From Rhizaria sp. SCN 62-66 (Eukaryota): DNA of 64,000 bases. Below are positions 49,201-61,111 of this stretch, in pieces; positions within the stretch are counted from its first letter, which is position 1; each line of letters starts with the position of its first letter. The notes under the pieces are model-generated. The model was not told the origin of the DNA. It worked only from the letters and a program-made list of their open reading frames with translations, and did no database searches. Made by a program: the position numbers and the translations under genes. The stretch spans positions 1 through 64,000 of the forward strand of contig MEDY01000024.1 in the NCBI GenBank assembly GCA_001724265.1. Reading direction: 5' to 3'.

Positions 49201-52200
49201 GTGGCCGCGGGCGCGAGCGCGGCGGCGGGCCGGATAGGCTACGGCGGCCAGGGCCAGGGCCAAGCGGGGATGCGCGGCAGCGACGCCGGCGGAGCTGGCG
49301 GGAACATGATGGTGCAACATAGCAACGCGTCGATGATGGCCGCAAACTACAACGGCAACGCCAGCAGCAGCAGCAGCAGCAGTAGCAGCGCGGGCTCTGG
49401 CTCGAGCGCCGGTCACGGCGGCAGCAGTCTGACTGCGAACGCGGGCGCAAGCGCGGCCGTCGTGCGGGGCATTGTAGCTGCGGTGCCTGCGCTGTCGTTC
49501 GTCACGCCCGCGCTTGCGCAGCTGCCGCCATCAATCGTCGCCGCCGCGCCCGCGCTCGTCGCAGCCTCCGCGGCCGCGGCGGGCGGCACGTACACGGTCG
49601 AGGAAGGGACTTACATCGAGGGTGCGAACGCGCTCGACACGGCTCTGCTGCTCGCACTCGCGACTTCGCCTGCGACGGCAACTGCCAAGAGCAACAATGT
49701 GAGTGCGAACGCGGTTAGTAACGGCGGCGGTGCGCACAATCAGTCGACCCCAGCTCTCATTCCGCCGTTGCTGCAGCAGTCTCAGTCTCCAATCCTGTCT
49801 CATTCCCAGTCACTCGCCCAGTCACTTGCGCACTCTCACTCCCAGTCGCAGACATGGGCCCGCGCGCAGGCGCTTGCCCAGGCCAACACGGCGCTGTTCT
49901 ACTCCGCGTCGCCGCCCACCTCCGCCGCTGCTGCCGCCGCCACCGCGGGCGCCGCGGCGGGGGCCGGAGGGACGCTGCTCACGGCCGCAGACCTGGCCGC
50001 GATCGCGCAGGCTGCCACCGGCAAGCCCGTCAATGCCACGGCGAGCGAGAACAGCGATGACTTTGATCACACTGCGACTGGCGCCAGTGCGAGTGTCGGC
50101 GTGGGCGTGGTTAGCTCCAGCCCGTCGACGGTGGTCGGCGGCCGCGGCGGGCATAGCTACGTCGTCGTCGCGCGGCCGCACTGCCCGCTGTCGCTGCTCA
50201 GCAGCAATAGCCATAGCAACGCCAATCTCAGCAGTAGCGGCCTCCATCACAGTCAGCCGTCAACAGCGTCGGCGGCGGCGGCCACAACGACGTTTGTCGC
50301 GCCCCGCCCAGTGCCCGTCTCCGCGTCGAGCTTCGTGAACAGGAGCAGCAGCAGCAACAACGGCAGCAACGTTACCTCGAGTGCCGCAGGCGTAGGCGCG
50401 AACAACGCGAATGTGAGTGCGAAGCAGCAGATGATGTTGCTGCACGGCCATCGCCGCGCGAGCCTTAACAGCACCAGTAGCAGCGCCGCGGGCAGTATCG
50501 GCGACGACGACGAAGATAGCGACGTCGAGCACTTCCCCCCGAAACCGCAGCCGCAGCAGCAGCCGCTGCAGCCGTCGGGCGACGGTGAACAAGGGCCCGG
50601 CTCCGGCAAGCTGCTCAGCGTGCTGCCCCCCGTTACTGTTGTCGTCGCCGTGAACACCTCGGAGGGCGACGCGGACTCAATGCCTGATAATGGCATTCAC
50701 ACCAGCAGGCGGTCCAACACCGCCAGCAACCACTCTTCTGCGCGGGACAACTCAAGTGCTGCTGTGCGCCCCGCAACTTCGTCTAAGGGGGTCCTTACAA
50801 CGCCGTTCCTCACCGAAGTCGCGGATCCCGACGACAACGATGGCAACACCGGCGCAAACGGGGCTGCGAACACTCGTTACCACAACCATCACGCTCCTGC
50901 CTCTACGGCGGCAGCTGTGTCCGCGCCTGTCGCTGTAGCTGTGCCGGCAAGCTTCAAGCTGACAACGTATCAGGACCCGCAACGCTGCTTGTCGCTGAAC
51001 GACATCGCCAACGTGCAGGTACGCATATTTTATACCTAAAATGCAATCAAAAACGAGCATCACATCATTTATTGCGCTTATTGACACGTATAATTTGAAT
51101 AATTTCTTCGAAGTTCTTTCGATGCCTTTATATTAATACCTCCTCATCTCTCACTTTTGACTCATCCCTTCTTCCTCATTCCGCTCACTTCGAATCTTAG
51201 GCCCAAGCCCGTGTGTATGCCAAACAGCCCCCGCGCTTCGTCTCTATCCTCCGTGCCGCCTTCGCCGGCGACCTCCTCTTGCTCAAGGCCCTGCTCGCCG
51301 CCGAAACCAGTCTCCACATGGCTCTCCACGCCAACAACCCTGGGAATATGGCTAAGTCCTCGAGTGCCGGTGTCTATGGCGTGGACGTGAACGTGCTCGC
51401 GCGCAAGCCCAAGGCCTCGAGCTCGCTGCCCCCCGCCAACCCGCCCGCCCCCGCGATGCCGCCTTCCCTCGCAGCCCTGCAACAACAGCAGCAGTTGGGC
51501 GGTGGCGGCGCGGGCGCGAGCCCGAGAACGCGCGCCGCCGCAGCCGCAGCCGCCGCGATGGCCGCCTACGCCGCCGCCTCGGCCGCCTCGGCCGCGTCCG
51601 TCACCCCCGCGCCCCCGCAGCTCCCCTCAAGCTCTTTGTCGACCGCCGCCTCCGCCGCTGCCCTCAGCCACGTGCACGGCATGAGCGGAGGCAACGCGCA
51701 GCTGCAGCGGTGGGACCCGCGCACGGCGTGCGAGTGGGCCGCGCTCAACGGCTTCCCGCTGACCGCGCTGCTGCTGCGCGCGTACGGAGGGAAAGTAGGA
51801 CCTGTGCCCGCCGCGCTGCTGGCACTCAGGGCGGACAAGTTTGTCGTCGCGGCGCCCGGTGCGGCAGCCGCGGCCGCGGTCGCGGCGGCAGAGCGGCTCG
51901 CACTCGTGCAAGCCCAGGCGCAGGCGCAGGGACAGGACCAAGGGCAGCAAAAGGGCAATCAACACCAACAGCAGCAGCTGCAACAACAGCAAGTGCCCGC
52001 GCTGTTGCCACCGCTGGCCAGGATGCAGATGCCGCCGCAACCGCAACCTCCTAGTGCGCTCATCAGCAGCAGCGCCGCCGGCGCGGGATCGTTCGTCAAC
52101 CTCGCCAACGCGCTGACACACTCCAGCAGCAAGCAAGCGCTCCTGACGACGACCTCAGCAGCAGCGGGCGCGAACAGCTCGAGCGCTAGCGGCAGCGGCA

Positions 52201-52712
52201 GCGGTCGGGGCGCGGGCAACTCCGCGGCCGCGGTCGGCGGCAACAGGGCCGTGGTGCTGGACATCAACGCCGTCGCGGCGCAGCGCGCGCTGCTGCTGCA
52301 GTCGCTGCCGCAACAGCTGCGCCAGCAGCTGGCCGTGAGCAACAGCAACAGCAACAGCAACGGCATCAGCAGCAACAGCTCTGTTGATAGCGCAACAGCG
52401 AACGCGGCAGGCTCCGGCTCCCATGCGGCTGCGTCCGCCGGCAGCGGCGCGGCGGCGCTGAGCAAGGCTCGCCGGCCGCCGCGACTGGCCCCACGCATGC
52501 CCCGCTACGGGCTCAGCGCGGGCTCATTCGGCGCCAGTGCCAGTGTCAGTGCGAGCTCTAGCTCGAGTGCTTCGAGCTCGAGTCCTAATACGAGTACGAG
52601 TGCAAGTGTAAGTGCTACTGCGAACACTGGGGCGGGCTCGAACGCTGGCGCCAACGCAGGAGCTGTTGGCATTGCTGTTGGCGCTGGCGCTCGCACAAAT
52701 AGCAAGAACTAA
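40219..52712 (+). CDS. Giant Ala/Ser/Gly-rich protein with C-terminal ankyrin-like repeats, about 4103 aa
   Basis: Exons 40219-51018 (10.8 kb open frame) and 51201-52712, intron GTACGC...CTTAG in phase 0. Ankyrin-like segments ILRAAFAGDLLLLKALL, GVDVN and RTACEWAALNGFPLTALLLRAYGG lie in exon 2. Confidence 0.75.
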
Positions 52713-53270
52713 CGTGTCGCTCTCACTAACTCAAATATCGCCTCTAAAAAACTATTTGTATCACAAGATTTGCATCTGTACTTTACCCAGCAGGGATATT
52801 TACTCACTTTCAAACTATTAATCACTCGTTATCACATGTAATACATTAGCACTCCATTCTTTTCTCTCTGAAAACAATAACATACAGCCTGAGCACGGTA
52901 TAACTTAAGGGCTACTGTTACGATTTGACAGCATCATTAGTATCTTTGCAGTTAGTCTCTTTGAATGTATTGTACATGTATCTTATTACTAGTACCTTGT
53001 CAGTTTGATGCGTTTCACATTTTACCGTGCCACCATATGGTCACGAATGTATTTGCGGCGACACAAATTTCGATCGCCTAAACATTTTTCATTGAATCGA
53101 AGTACGAAACCAAACATTCACTTGAAGACAGTTTCAGGAAATAAATGCCAGTCAATTAATAACAGGTTTAATTATGTACTAAAATTACATATACGTATTA
53201 CATTCGAATTTCCATGCGATAGTCGCGCATATACATCGTCAAATCAAGAATCTAGTGTTTTATTCTAAAA

Positions 53271-54440
53271 TTAGTCAGTCTTCTTGCTGCTCGTCGCCTT
53301 CTTCACAGCCGACCCGGGGGCCGCCTTAACAGATGCAGAAGCCTTACTGCTCTTGCCAGCGGCGGTGGCGGCGGGCTTCTTGCCCCAGTAGAGGAAGATC
53401 TGCGCGAGAACGATGGCGTTGAGGGCGAACGCGAGCAGGAACGAACCCAGGATCACTACGTCGTCCACCTCCTGTTATTACAATACACAAACAAAATGCA
53501 GTCAAAAGCAACAGAATATGAAAGGAAATGAGAGATAGCATTCTTGATTAGAGATAAACCAGTTCAAAACACACATAATTGTTACGTCGTAACAATGAGG
53601 CGTGATATATGCCTCTAAAAGCGCGTTTTAGTGTAATTTAGAAAGGAGGAAAGGATTTGGATGAGGGCGTACCTGGAGGGTGGTGAAAATGCGGGCCGCG
53701 CACCCGCCGGTCTGGAGCACGGTGGTGGCGAGCGAGAGGATGCCGGTGGACTTGGCGGCGAAGTTCTGCGCGATTTGCTGCACGCGAGACGACATGGACG
53801 TGAGGACGGAGACGGCCATGAGCGCGGGCAGCGCGGCGGGGGGCAGCGACAGGAAGATAGCGACGGCGGCGACGGCGGCAGCGACGGTGACGGCCTTGTG
53901 CTTGGCCGAGGTCGCCGCGAAGCGCCAGCAGAGGGCGACGATGATGCAGTTCTGGACCAGGATCACGAGCGCCTCGGCGTAAGTGCTCAGGGGCGTACCC
54001 GTGAGGAGGTTGTAAGTGCTCGTGGCGGCGTAACTAAGCGTCTCAAGGTAGAGCGCGGAGAGGATCATGCCCTCGGCGGACTTGGCGCGGAGGATGTTGA
54101 TGATCTGCGGCAGCTTGAGCAGGAAGGAGCCCGCGATGATGCCGTAGCCGAGGCCCTTGGAGATGGCGAACTTAACACAAGCCGCGTCGAGGCGCAGGTC
54201 GGTGAAAATGGCGGTGTAGCAGGCAGGAGGGAGAATGCCGAGGAACAGCGGGCCAGAGAGGTCAGTGACGCCGACCTTGGCTACAGTCGCGGTCGCGGCG
54301 GCGGCGGCAGCGGCGGCGGGGGCGGCGGCAGCGGCAGAGTCGGCGGCGGCAGTGACGAAGGAGAGGCAGAGGCTGAGGAGGGAGGCGAGGAGAAACAGAG
54401 CCGGCGCGGCGGCCGAGAGAGCCGAGGACAGACGACTCAT
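53271..54440 (-). CDS. MPDU1: Mannose-P-dolichol utilization defect 1-like PQ-loop membrane protein, 322 aa
   Basis: Exons 54440-53673 and 53471-53271. ACVKFAISKGLGYGIIAGSFLLKLPQI..ILRAKSAEG, KSTGILSLAT..LQTGGCAARIFTTLQE and LAQIFLYW match MPDU1/Lec35. Ends in KKTD, a KKxx ER-retrieval signal. Confidence 0.92.
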
Positions 54441-54853
54441 GCTCTGTGCAGTGATCAGAACGAGGAGCAAGAGTGATGACAGGCAAGCGAAGACATAGGT
54501 GAGGATTTGAGCGATGCTAAGACACGCCATTAGCGGCGTTGTATGCAAGCTGTGAAGGTTTAAAAAGAGTATAGTGACTAAAACATAACACAGACCCGGT
54601 AATCGTTGCATTTATCGCGAACAACGGTTGTTGCAAACGAACAGAGATTGACGAAGAAGAGCAGCGTCAGCAAGTGGCTCGGCGGATTTCGGCTGGCTCG
54701 CTCCGACGGAGAAGACTAACTCGCTAGAACTGTATCTCGACGAAACGTCCGAGAACCGCGACACAGGTCAACTCCACATTTGTCCTGTTAGTTTCTCGCA
54801 CTAATCCTTTTTTATACTGCGTAGTGTCGTATCTGTGACGTTCTGCACTCCGA

Positions 54854-56502
54854 ATGCTCGACAGCTCCTCCGACGCGTCCGACTCCGTCGGCGTCGTCGT
54901 CTCCCCCTCGACTGCGGCCGCCAACGGCTCCCACAGCATGCGCCCCCGCGGCTCCGCGGCCGGCCCGCGCGGCGGCGTCAGCGAGAGCCACCGCGCTGAC
55001 GGCAGTAGCTTCCCCTACGCGAGCAGCAGCAGCGCCGCCGCAGTCCACAGCAACAACCCTGCTGGATGCTCCGTCTTCGGCAGCGGCGGCGGCTGCGGCG
55101 GCGGCGGTGACAGCAGCGCGACCCGCGAGCTCAAGCGCCGCCTTGCCGCGCGCGCCTACGGCAGCGCCAACGGCTCCGCAGCGCACGGCTCGGCCGCGCA
55201 CGGCTCGGCCGCGCAGGACAGCAATCGCAGCACTCGCCTCTGCGGGCGATGGCCCTGGTGGGCCGCCCTCCTCGCCATCGTCGTCTTCTACTTCAAGCTC
55301 CACTTCCCTGACGTGCTCCTCATCCGCCAGGGCTTTTCCTTCCTGCTGCCTGTAACGCCGAACCCGCACGCGCTCATCGTCGACCTGCTGACGTGCTCGG
55401 GCGAGGTCTTCAACAAGCACGGCATTCTGTGGTGGCTCGATGAGGGATCGCTGCTCGGCGCCATCCGCGAAGGTACGCGCTCCGATGTATATCGCGCATA
55501 TCGTCACGTGTTTTATATCTACTCTGCCACCTTATGTACTTGTTTGGTAATTCACATGTGTGTCTATTTTTTCATGATGCGGACTCGATTGATGCTTCCA
55601 AATCCCTCATTTTGTATACTCCAACCTTTGTTGCGTAAATCACACTTGCAGGCGACGTGATTCGTGGTGACAGCGACATCGACATCGGCACCTTCGAGTA
55701 CCAGCAGCATCTCATGCCCGAAGCCATCGCAGAGATCCGTGCCACGTGCGGCTACTACATCGTCACGCGCGACGAGTGCCGCTCGATTCCGGGCTTCTCG
55801 TCCTTTATTCCCAAGCGCATTGTCATGCGCATCCTGCCAGGTAACTTACTAAAACAACGATCTAACCGTCTTTCTATGACATATTGATGCTTTCATATAA
55901 CATTTATTTGTAAATGATTTATATTTCACCTTGTTTTGAGTGGGATTGACGTTTATCTTGCGCTATATAATCCCGATTTTGCTATCTAAACCAATTTTCT
56001 CTCGTTGTCGCTTGTTTGTAACTTAGGCTACTTCGGCCCCAACTGGTTCATCGACGTGCGCGCATACCACGTCGACGCCGACGGCGCCGTGTACGATCCC
56101 TCCTTCGTCACCGACAACGACACGCCGTTCGTCCCGCTCAAGGACATTCTGCCGCTGACTCCGTGCGCCCTGCGCGGCCGCGCGATGCTGTGCCCGCGCG
56201 ACCCCGTGGCAACGATCGTGGACGAGTTCGGCGACAGCTGGCGGACCCCGATCAAGGGGTTCAAGACGTACATGCTGCAGCGCGAGGCCACGTACAAGCT
56301 GCTGGCCAAGTACGCGCAGCAGGGCGACGCGGCCGCGGTCGCGCTTGCGGCGGCATCGGCGACGGCGGCGGGAGCAGCGGCGGGGGCGGCGGCGACTGAG
56401 TCTGCGGCTGCGGCAACTGCGGCGGCGACTGCGGCTGCATCCGTTGCGCCGGAGGAGAAGAAGGCTGCTGTGGCGGCGGCGGCTAATGGTGGGGACAAGT
56501 GA
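54854..56502 (+). CDS. LicD/fukutin/FKRP-family nucleotidyltransferase-fold phosphotransferase, type II membrane protein, 427 aa
   Basis: Exons 54854-55472, 55652-55840 and 56027-56502. Splicing restores WWLDEGSLLGAIREGDVIRGDSDIDIG, the LicD core with DxD. WFIDV, ILPLTPC and CPRDP...EFGDSWRTP follow. Single TM segment WPWWAALLAIVVFYF. Confidence 0.88.
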
Positions 56503-56752
56503 GTGAGGGACTGTAATCAACGCCTGTGAGCAATGACTGCGAGTCTCAGCGCACAATAATGTGAAACAGCAAGGTCTTTGTTAGGGCTTTGTTTGTGATA
56601 TCTAAGGTATATAGTGGGCTGATATGGGGTTATTTATGTTAAAATTGATGTTAGTATATCAAAATACACACGAATGTGTGAAGTTTAAAGTTGAGTCAAT
56701 TTATTTTCCACGAGATATGCGTACGTTTCAGTGAAATACAGAGGCGTGACCG

Positions 56753-56762
56753 TTTGGCGCGG
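56753..56762 (+). promoter_or_regulatory. E2F-consensus site (TTTGGCGCGG) about 290 bp upstream of the TopoVIB-like ATG
   Basis: Exact match to TTTSSCGC in a short spacer ahead of a DNA-metabolism gene. The motif is short and could be chance. Confidence 0.3.
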
Positions 56763-57047
56763 TCGGTGGCGGAAGAGAGGGGGGTCTGACGATTGGTTTT
56801 GAACACTCGGAACTTCTCGCTCAATAGATCGTCAATAGAATATATAACTCACACTCCGGATTTAAACACGCGATTTAACTTATTTCTTTTAAACGTAGAC
56901 CTTGCAACAAACTCTGTCGTGAGATCTACTTTGCAGAGTAGGCCCTCAGAAACACTCGCGATCGCGCGGGACCACGGTCAGCAACCCACTTTGATCCCCT
57001 ACACAGCTAGCCGAAAACTTCGTGATTGCGAGTGATACAGCGGCACG

Positions 57048-58047
57048 ATGGCCTCTACTGCCGTCCCCGGTGGACTGGTTGCTCTGCGCGCGCTTGTGTC
57101 AGTGTTTCTGGACATTCTCGACGCACGCCACATCCCCCCCACTCTCAACATCACCATCACTGGCCATCCCGGAGGCAACAGCAGCAGCGGCAGTGGCGGC
57201 GCAGGCGTGAACCCGAGCATTGTGGACGCGATGGCGCGGGCCGGCAAGAGGCCGGCTGCACTGCCAACACCGGACAACAGTATTCATACCAGCAGCAGCA
57301 CCACCACCAGCAGCAGCAGCAGTGCAAGTGGAAGCGCAAGTGTCTTGGCGGCGAAGCGTGCAAAGCCTGCAAATATCAGTGCAGCCACAGCAGACTCCGA
57401 CTCGGACTCGGTCTCTCTCTTACACAGCAGCAGCAACAACAACAACAACAACAACAGCGCTGGCGGTGGTTCTCAACATAAGTCTGCTGCGGGCGGAGTG
57501 ACTGTGGGCGGAGTGGCTGTGAGCGTCCTCATCCCCGGGTACGCGCTGAGTGAGACAGAGGCCGCGTTTCTCGCCAACCCCGTCGCCATTGCGGCCAACT
57601 ACACGAGTAGCAGCAGCAACAACAGCGGCAGCAACATTGACAACGCAAGTTCTAGCGCTGGCGGCAACGGCCGAGGCTCTGGCACTGGATTCGCTCTGCC
57701 GCAGTCGCGGTCTGACGGCGTCATGCGCACGCCGACGCACACCAACATTAACATCAACAACAGCGGCAGTAGCAACAACAACAACACTGCTGCGGGCACT
57801 GGAGGTCAAGGGAACAGGCAGATCGCGCTTGCGCAATCGCCGGGCAACTCAAACTGCAGCAGCGCGAATACCACCAGCTCCAACAGCGGCAGCAACAAGA
57901 GTAGTGGTAAGGGCGCAGTTGCTGCTGGTGTTGTAAGTGGCGGCGGATGCGGCTTAGCTTTGGTGCCGAACCCGTGGTACTTGCATCAGAGCCGCTACTT
58001 GTCCCCCTTACACGTGGCTGCCGCCATCGCCACTCTTGCGCAATCAA

Positions 58048-58081
<34 letters not shown>

Positions 58082-61000
58082 GTCATTATCGTCGTCAAGC
58101 AGCAGCATCAACCCGAATAACAACTCCAGTTCAAGCTCTAGCGCGAGTGTGTCTGCCAATCATACTGCGAGTGCAAGTGCTCAGTTGAAGCTGTTTGTCG
58201 CTGCTGTGACGACGACAGCGTCCATCGTCCGCCACTCGATCAAAGTCAAGCCGCCCACTTACACGAGTAAGGGTGCGGGCAGTCGGGACGCGAACGCGAG
58301 CGCAGCGGAGGTTGTGGCGGCCGCGGCAGCAGGTGTGCCACTGTCTGTCGTCACAGCTCTTACTACCAACGCAAGCGCTCTACCAAACAACAGCGACAAC
58401 ACTAGCGGCGCACACGTGACCGCGGGTACTGCCAGTGGCTGTGAGGTGACTGTGAGCAGGGGTCCCAGGCCGGCGTCGCTGCCACTGGGGACTGTGGGCA
58501 CCGAGGTGGCCTACTATTGCGCGACTATGGCCGAGGCAGGGGCTGCAGGCAGGAACAACGACTGGGAAGCTATTGTCGTACGTTTGACAGCAAAAAATCA
58601 CAAACGGTATAGATGACATCAATATCATTGATAGAATGGACAGCTCTAAAATGTTGCATGCCTGAGCAGAGCATTTCTTTTCACTTCATTTCGCGAACTT
58701 TCAATGCTTTTTGTACTCGCTTCTCACTTCTTGTTTGTTACTCTCTGCTCTGCTTCTGATTGCTGACTGTGCGTACTTTCTGTGTACAGTCGCACGCGAG
58801 CTACTTAGTCCGCCTCTTTTCTCTCTCCGCACCACACGCGGCCCTTACACTTACACTTGTCCCCCCTAACGCTAGTAGCAATGGTGGCACTAATCCAAGT
58901 GCGGGTGGAGTTGTGGTGTTGAGGCTGCCGCGGCTAGCGCTGCCTCCCCGCGTCCCCGCCTCGGTGCTGGCCCACCCGTCACTGCTCTACTGCTCTGCCC
59001 ACGGTCATTCCGCTGCTCACGGCTGCTCTGCCGGTCAGAGCCAGAGTCTGAGTCGCAGCAACAGCGAGGTGAGCAGTAGCACTCGCGCTGACGATTATTA
59101 CGGTAGCGGCAGCGACGACGGCGACGACAATGACAGCGACGACGGCAATGACAGCACTGGCAGCGACGATGCTGACACAAGGCGTCTAAGTACCCCCTTA
59201 CGCCCCGCCGCACCCTTAGACGGCCTTCCCGGGCGGTTCTTAGCGTTGCTGCTCCAGAACACCAATACGCTGACTTTGCACGCACTGTTGACGCGTGATT
59301 TCACTGGGATCAACGCCAAAGCAGCGACTGCGATCATCGATGCTCTCGGTACGTAGCCCAGTCGACATCTATTATTGTTTCCCTGTTTTGTCTTCTGAAG
59401 TATGTTTTCAATTCAATACCAACGCCACACCACACATCTCACGTTTTCATATTTCTCATCTCTTGCTTTTGGTTGGTCCGCGCGTCCACTCAGGTGGCGG
59501 CTTCGAGCCCGGAACCGACCTGAGGGCTCTCTCGCAGACGCGTCTCCAAGAGCTCGCGCTCGGGCTCGCCGCCGCAGCCACGACAACCGCAGCTAATGCG
59601 GTTAATGCGGTCACTGCCGCTGCAAGCGCTGCGGCGAGCTCGAAAACAGCTGCGACGAGTGGTGCTGGGGTCAAGGCGATCGTGGCAGCGGCAGCGGCGG
59701 CGGCGAGCGCGGCGGCGACGGTACGTCGACGCATCAACACTTCTAGCAACTTACATCGAGCCAACCTCTTTCGTTGTAGAAATGAACAACAATGTTGAAA
59801 CACTGTTGAAACATGATCTGATAGGATATTCTCACACCGCGATTTTCTTACAGTAACACACGCACTTACGTTTTTCATGATTTTTTTTTACTTCGCGTAG
59901 ACTCTGGCGCCGCTTGGTGAGTACAACCTCAGCACCGCCCTCCACCTCCGTCTCCCCACTCCGCCACAGGTCCCCGTACCCATGCCGCCCACGGTTACTG
60001 GCAGCGCGCAGCCCACGGTCATCACAGTCACTTCGACGTCTGACCCATTTCTGTACCGCGGCGGCCCCGCTCTTGTCGAGGTCGCGCTCAATGTTACCCG
60101 CGGTGTCGCGGCCGGGGCTGGCGGCCTCTCACTCTATCGGTACGTGTGCCTGCTAGCGCCACCTCGAGTGCGACTTAGCTTTCACATGCACTTTAAAGGC
60201 ATGAACTGCAAAATCAAATCCTACAGTATCCATCGATTTATCACAATTTGTACTCGTTTCAATTTCCCATTCTTACAACCGAATATTGTGCGCGTATTTC
60301 TTGTTATCTTTTTTTTTTGTTTCATAGCTTCGTCAACCGCGTCCCGCTCTTCCCCATCCCGAGCGCGAGCGCTCGCACTGGCGCTCCCACTGAAGTGACC
60401 GCGGCTGCGGCCGCGGCTGCGGCGCCTGTTGTGACCGACGCCGCAGCTTCCGCGTTGCGTTCCCTCGTCCACGGGTCTCCTCAGACCGGGCCCTGGGCGA
60501 AGCTGGGCCTCACTGCGACTGACCGCGTGACCGTGGTCGTGGCAATGACCACTGCAGCCGCGCCGGCGCTCGCGCTCTCGGCAACTGCGGTTTCCCACAG
60601 CAATGCGAGTGCGAGATCAAGTGCAAACAATGTTGTTGGAGCTGTGAGCGAGCTGCTGGGAGTTGAGTACTCTCCTGTCACACTGCAACAAGACGGCAAC
60701 AACACTGTCACCGGTGATGCAGGACCAGGAGTACCCGCGGTCACGAGTATCGTACCCACAGTCAGCGTCGAGGTGGAGAAGGCGGTGCGGTTGTGTCTCA
60801 AGCGCTGTTGCAAGCAAGTCAGCCGCAAATTGTCGGTCGACGTTACGACTCCGACGTTCAACACAGCGTACAGGCAATCCGTCAACGGTAATGCGTGCGG
60901 TAGGGACCGCAGCGGCAGTCCAAACACAAACAGTAGCGACGGCGACGACGGTGATGAGCAGCTGAGCGTCTCAACCGCGAATGCAAGTACCCCGCACCTA

Positions 61001-61111
61001 CTTACACTGAACAAGCCGCGGCATATTGCACCCTTTGCGACGTCGTTGGACGCGTACTCGCAGCCGCCACCGGTAGTGTTCAGCAACGGCAGTCTTGAGC
61101 TGAACTACTAA
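57048..61111 (+). CDS. TOP6B: Divergent DNA topoisomerase VI subunit B-like protein (degenerate GHKL, H2TH, transducer), about 1112 aa, five exons
   Basis: Exons 57048-58577, 58790-59348, 59494-59720, 59901-60139 and 60328-61111; all four donors are GTACGT and the frame is consistent. Ordered similarities to Top6B: GTEV...NDW...SYLVRLFSLSAPHAAL, H2TH-like TLHALLTRDFTGINAKAATAIIDALG..FEP....ALSQTRLQEL, LAPLGEYNL, YRGGPALVEVAL, LYRFVNRVPLF, DRVTVVV and EVEKAVRLCLKRCCKQVSRKL. The start codon is uncertain. Confidence 0.8.
58048..58080. repeat. (CAT)11 microsatellite encoding poly-Ser (TCA) inside the TopoVIB-like gene
   Basis: Read directly. Confidence 0.9.
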
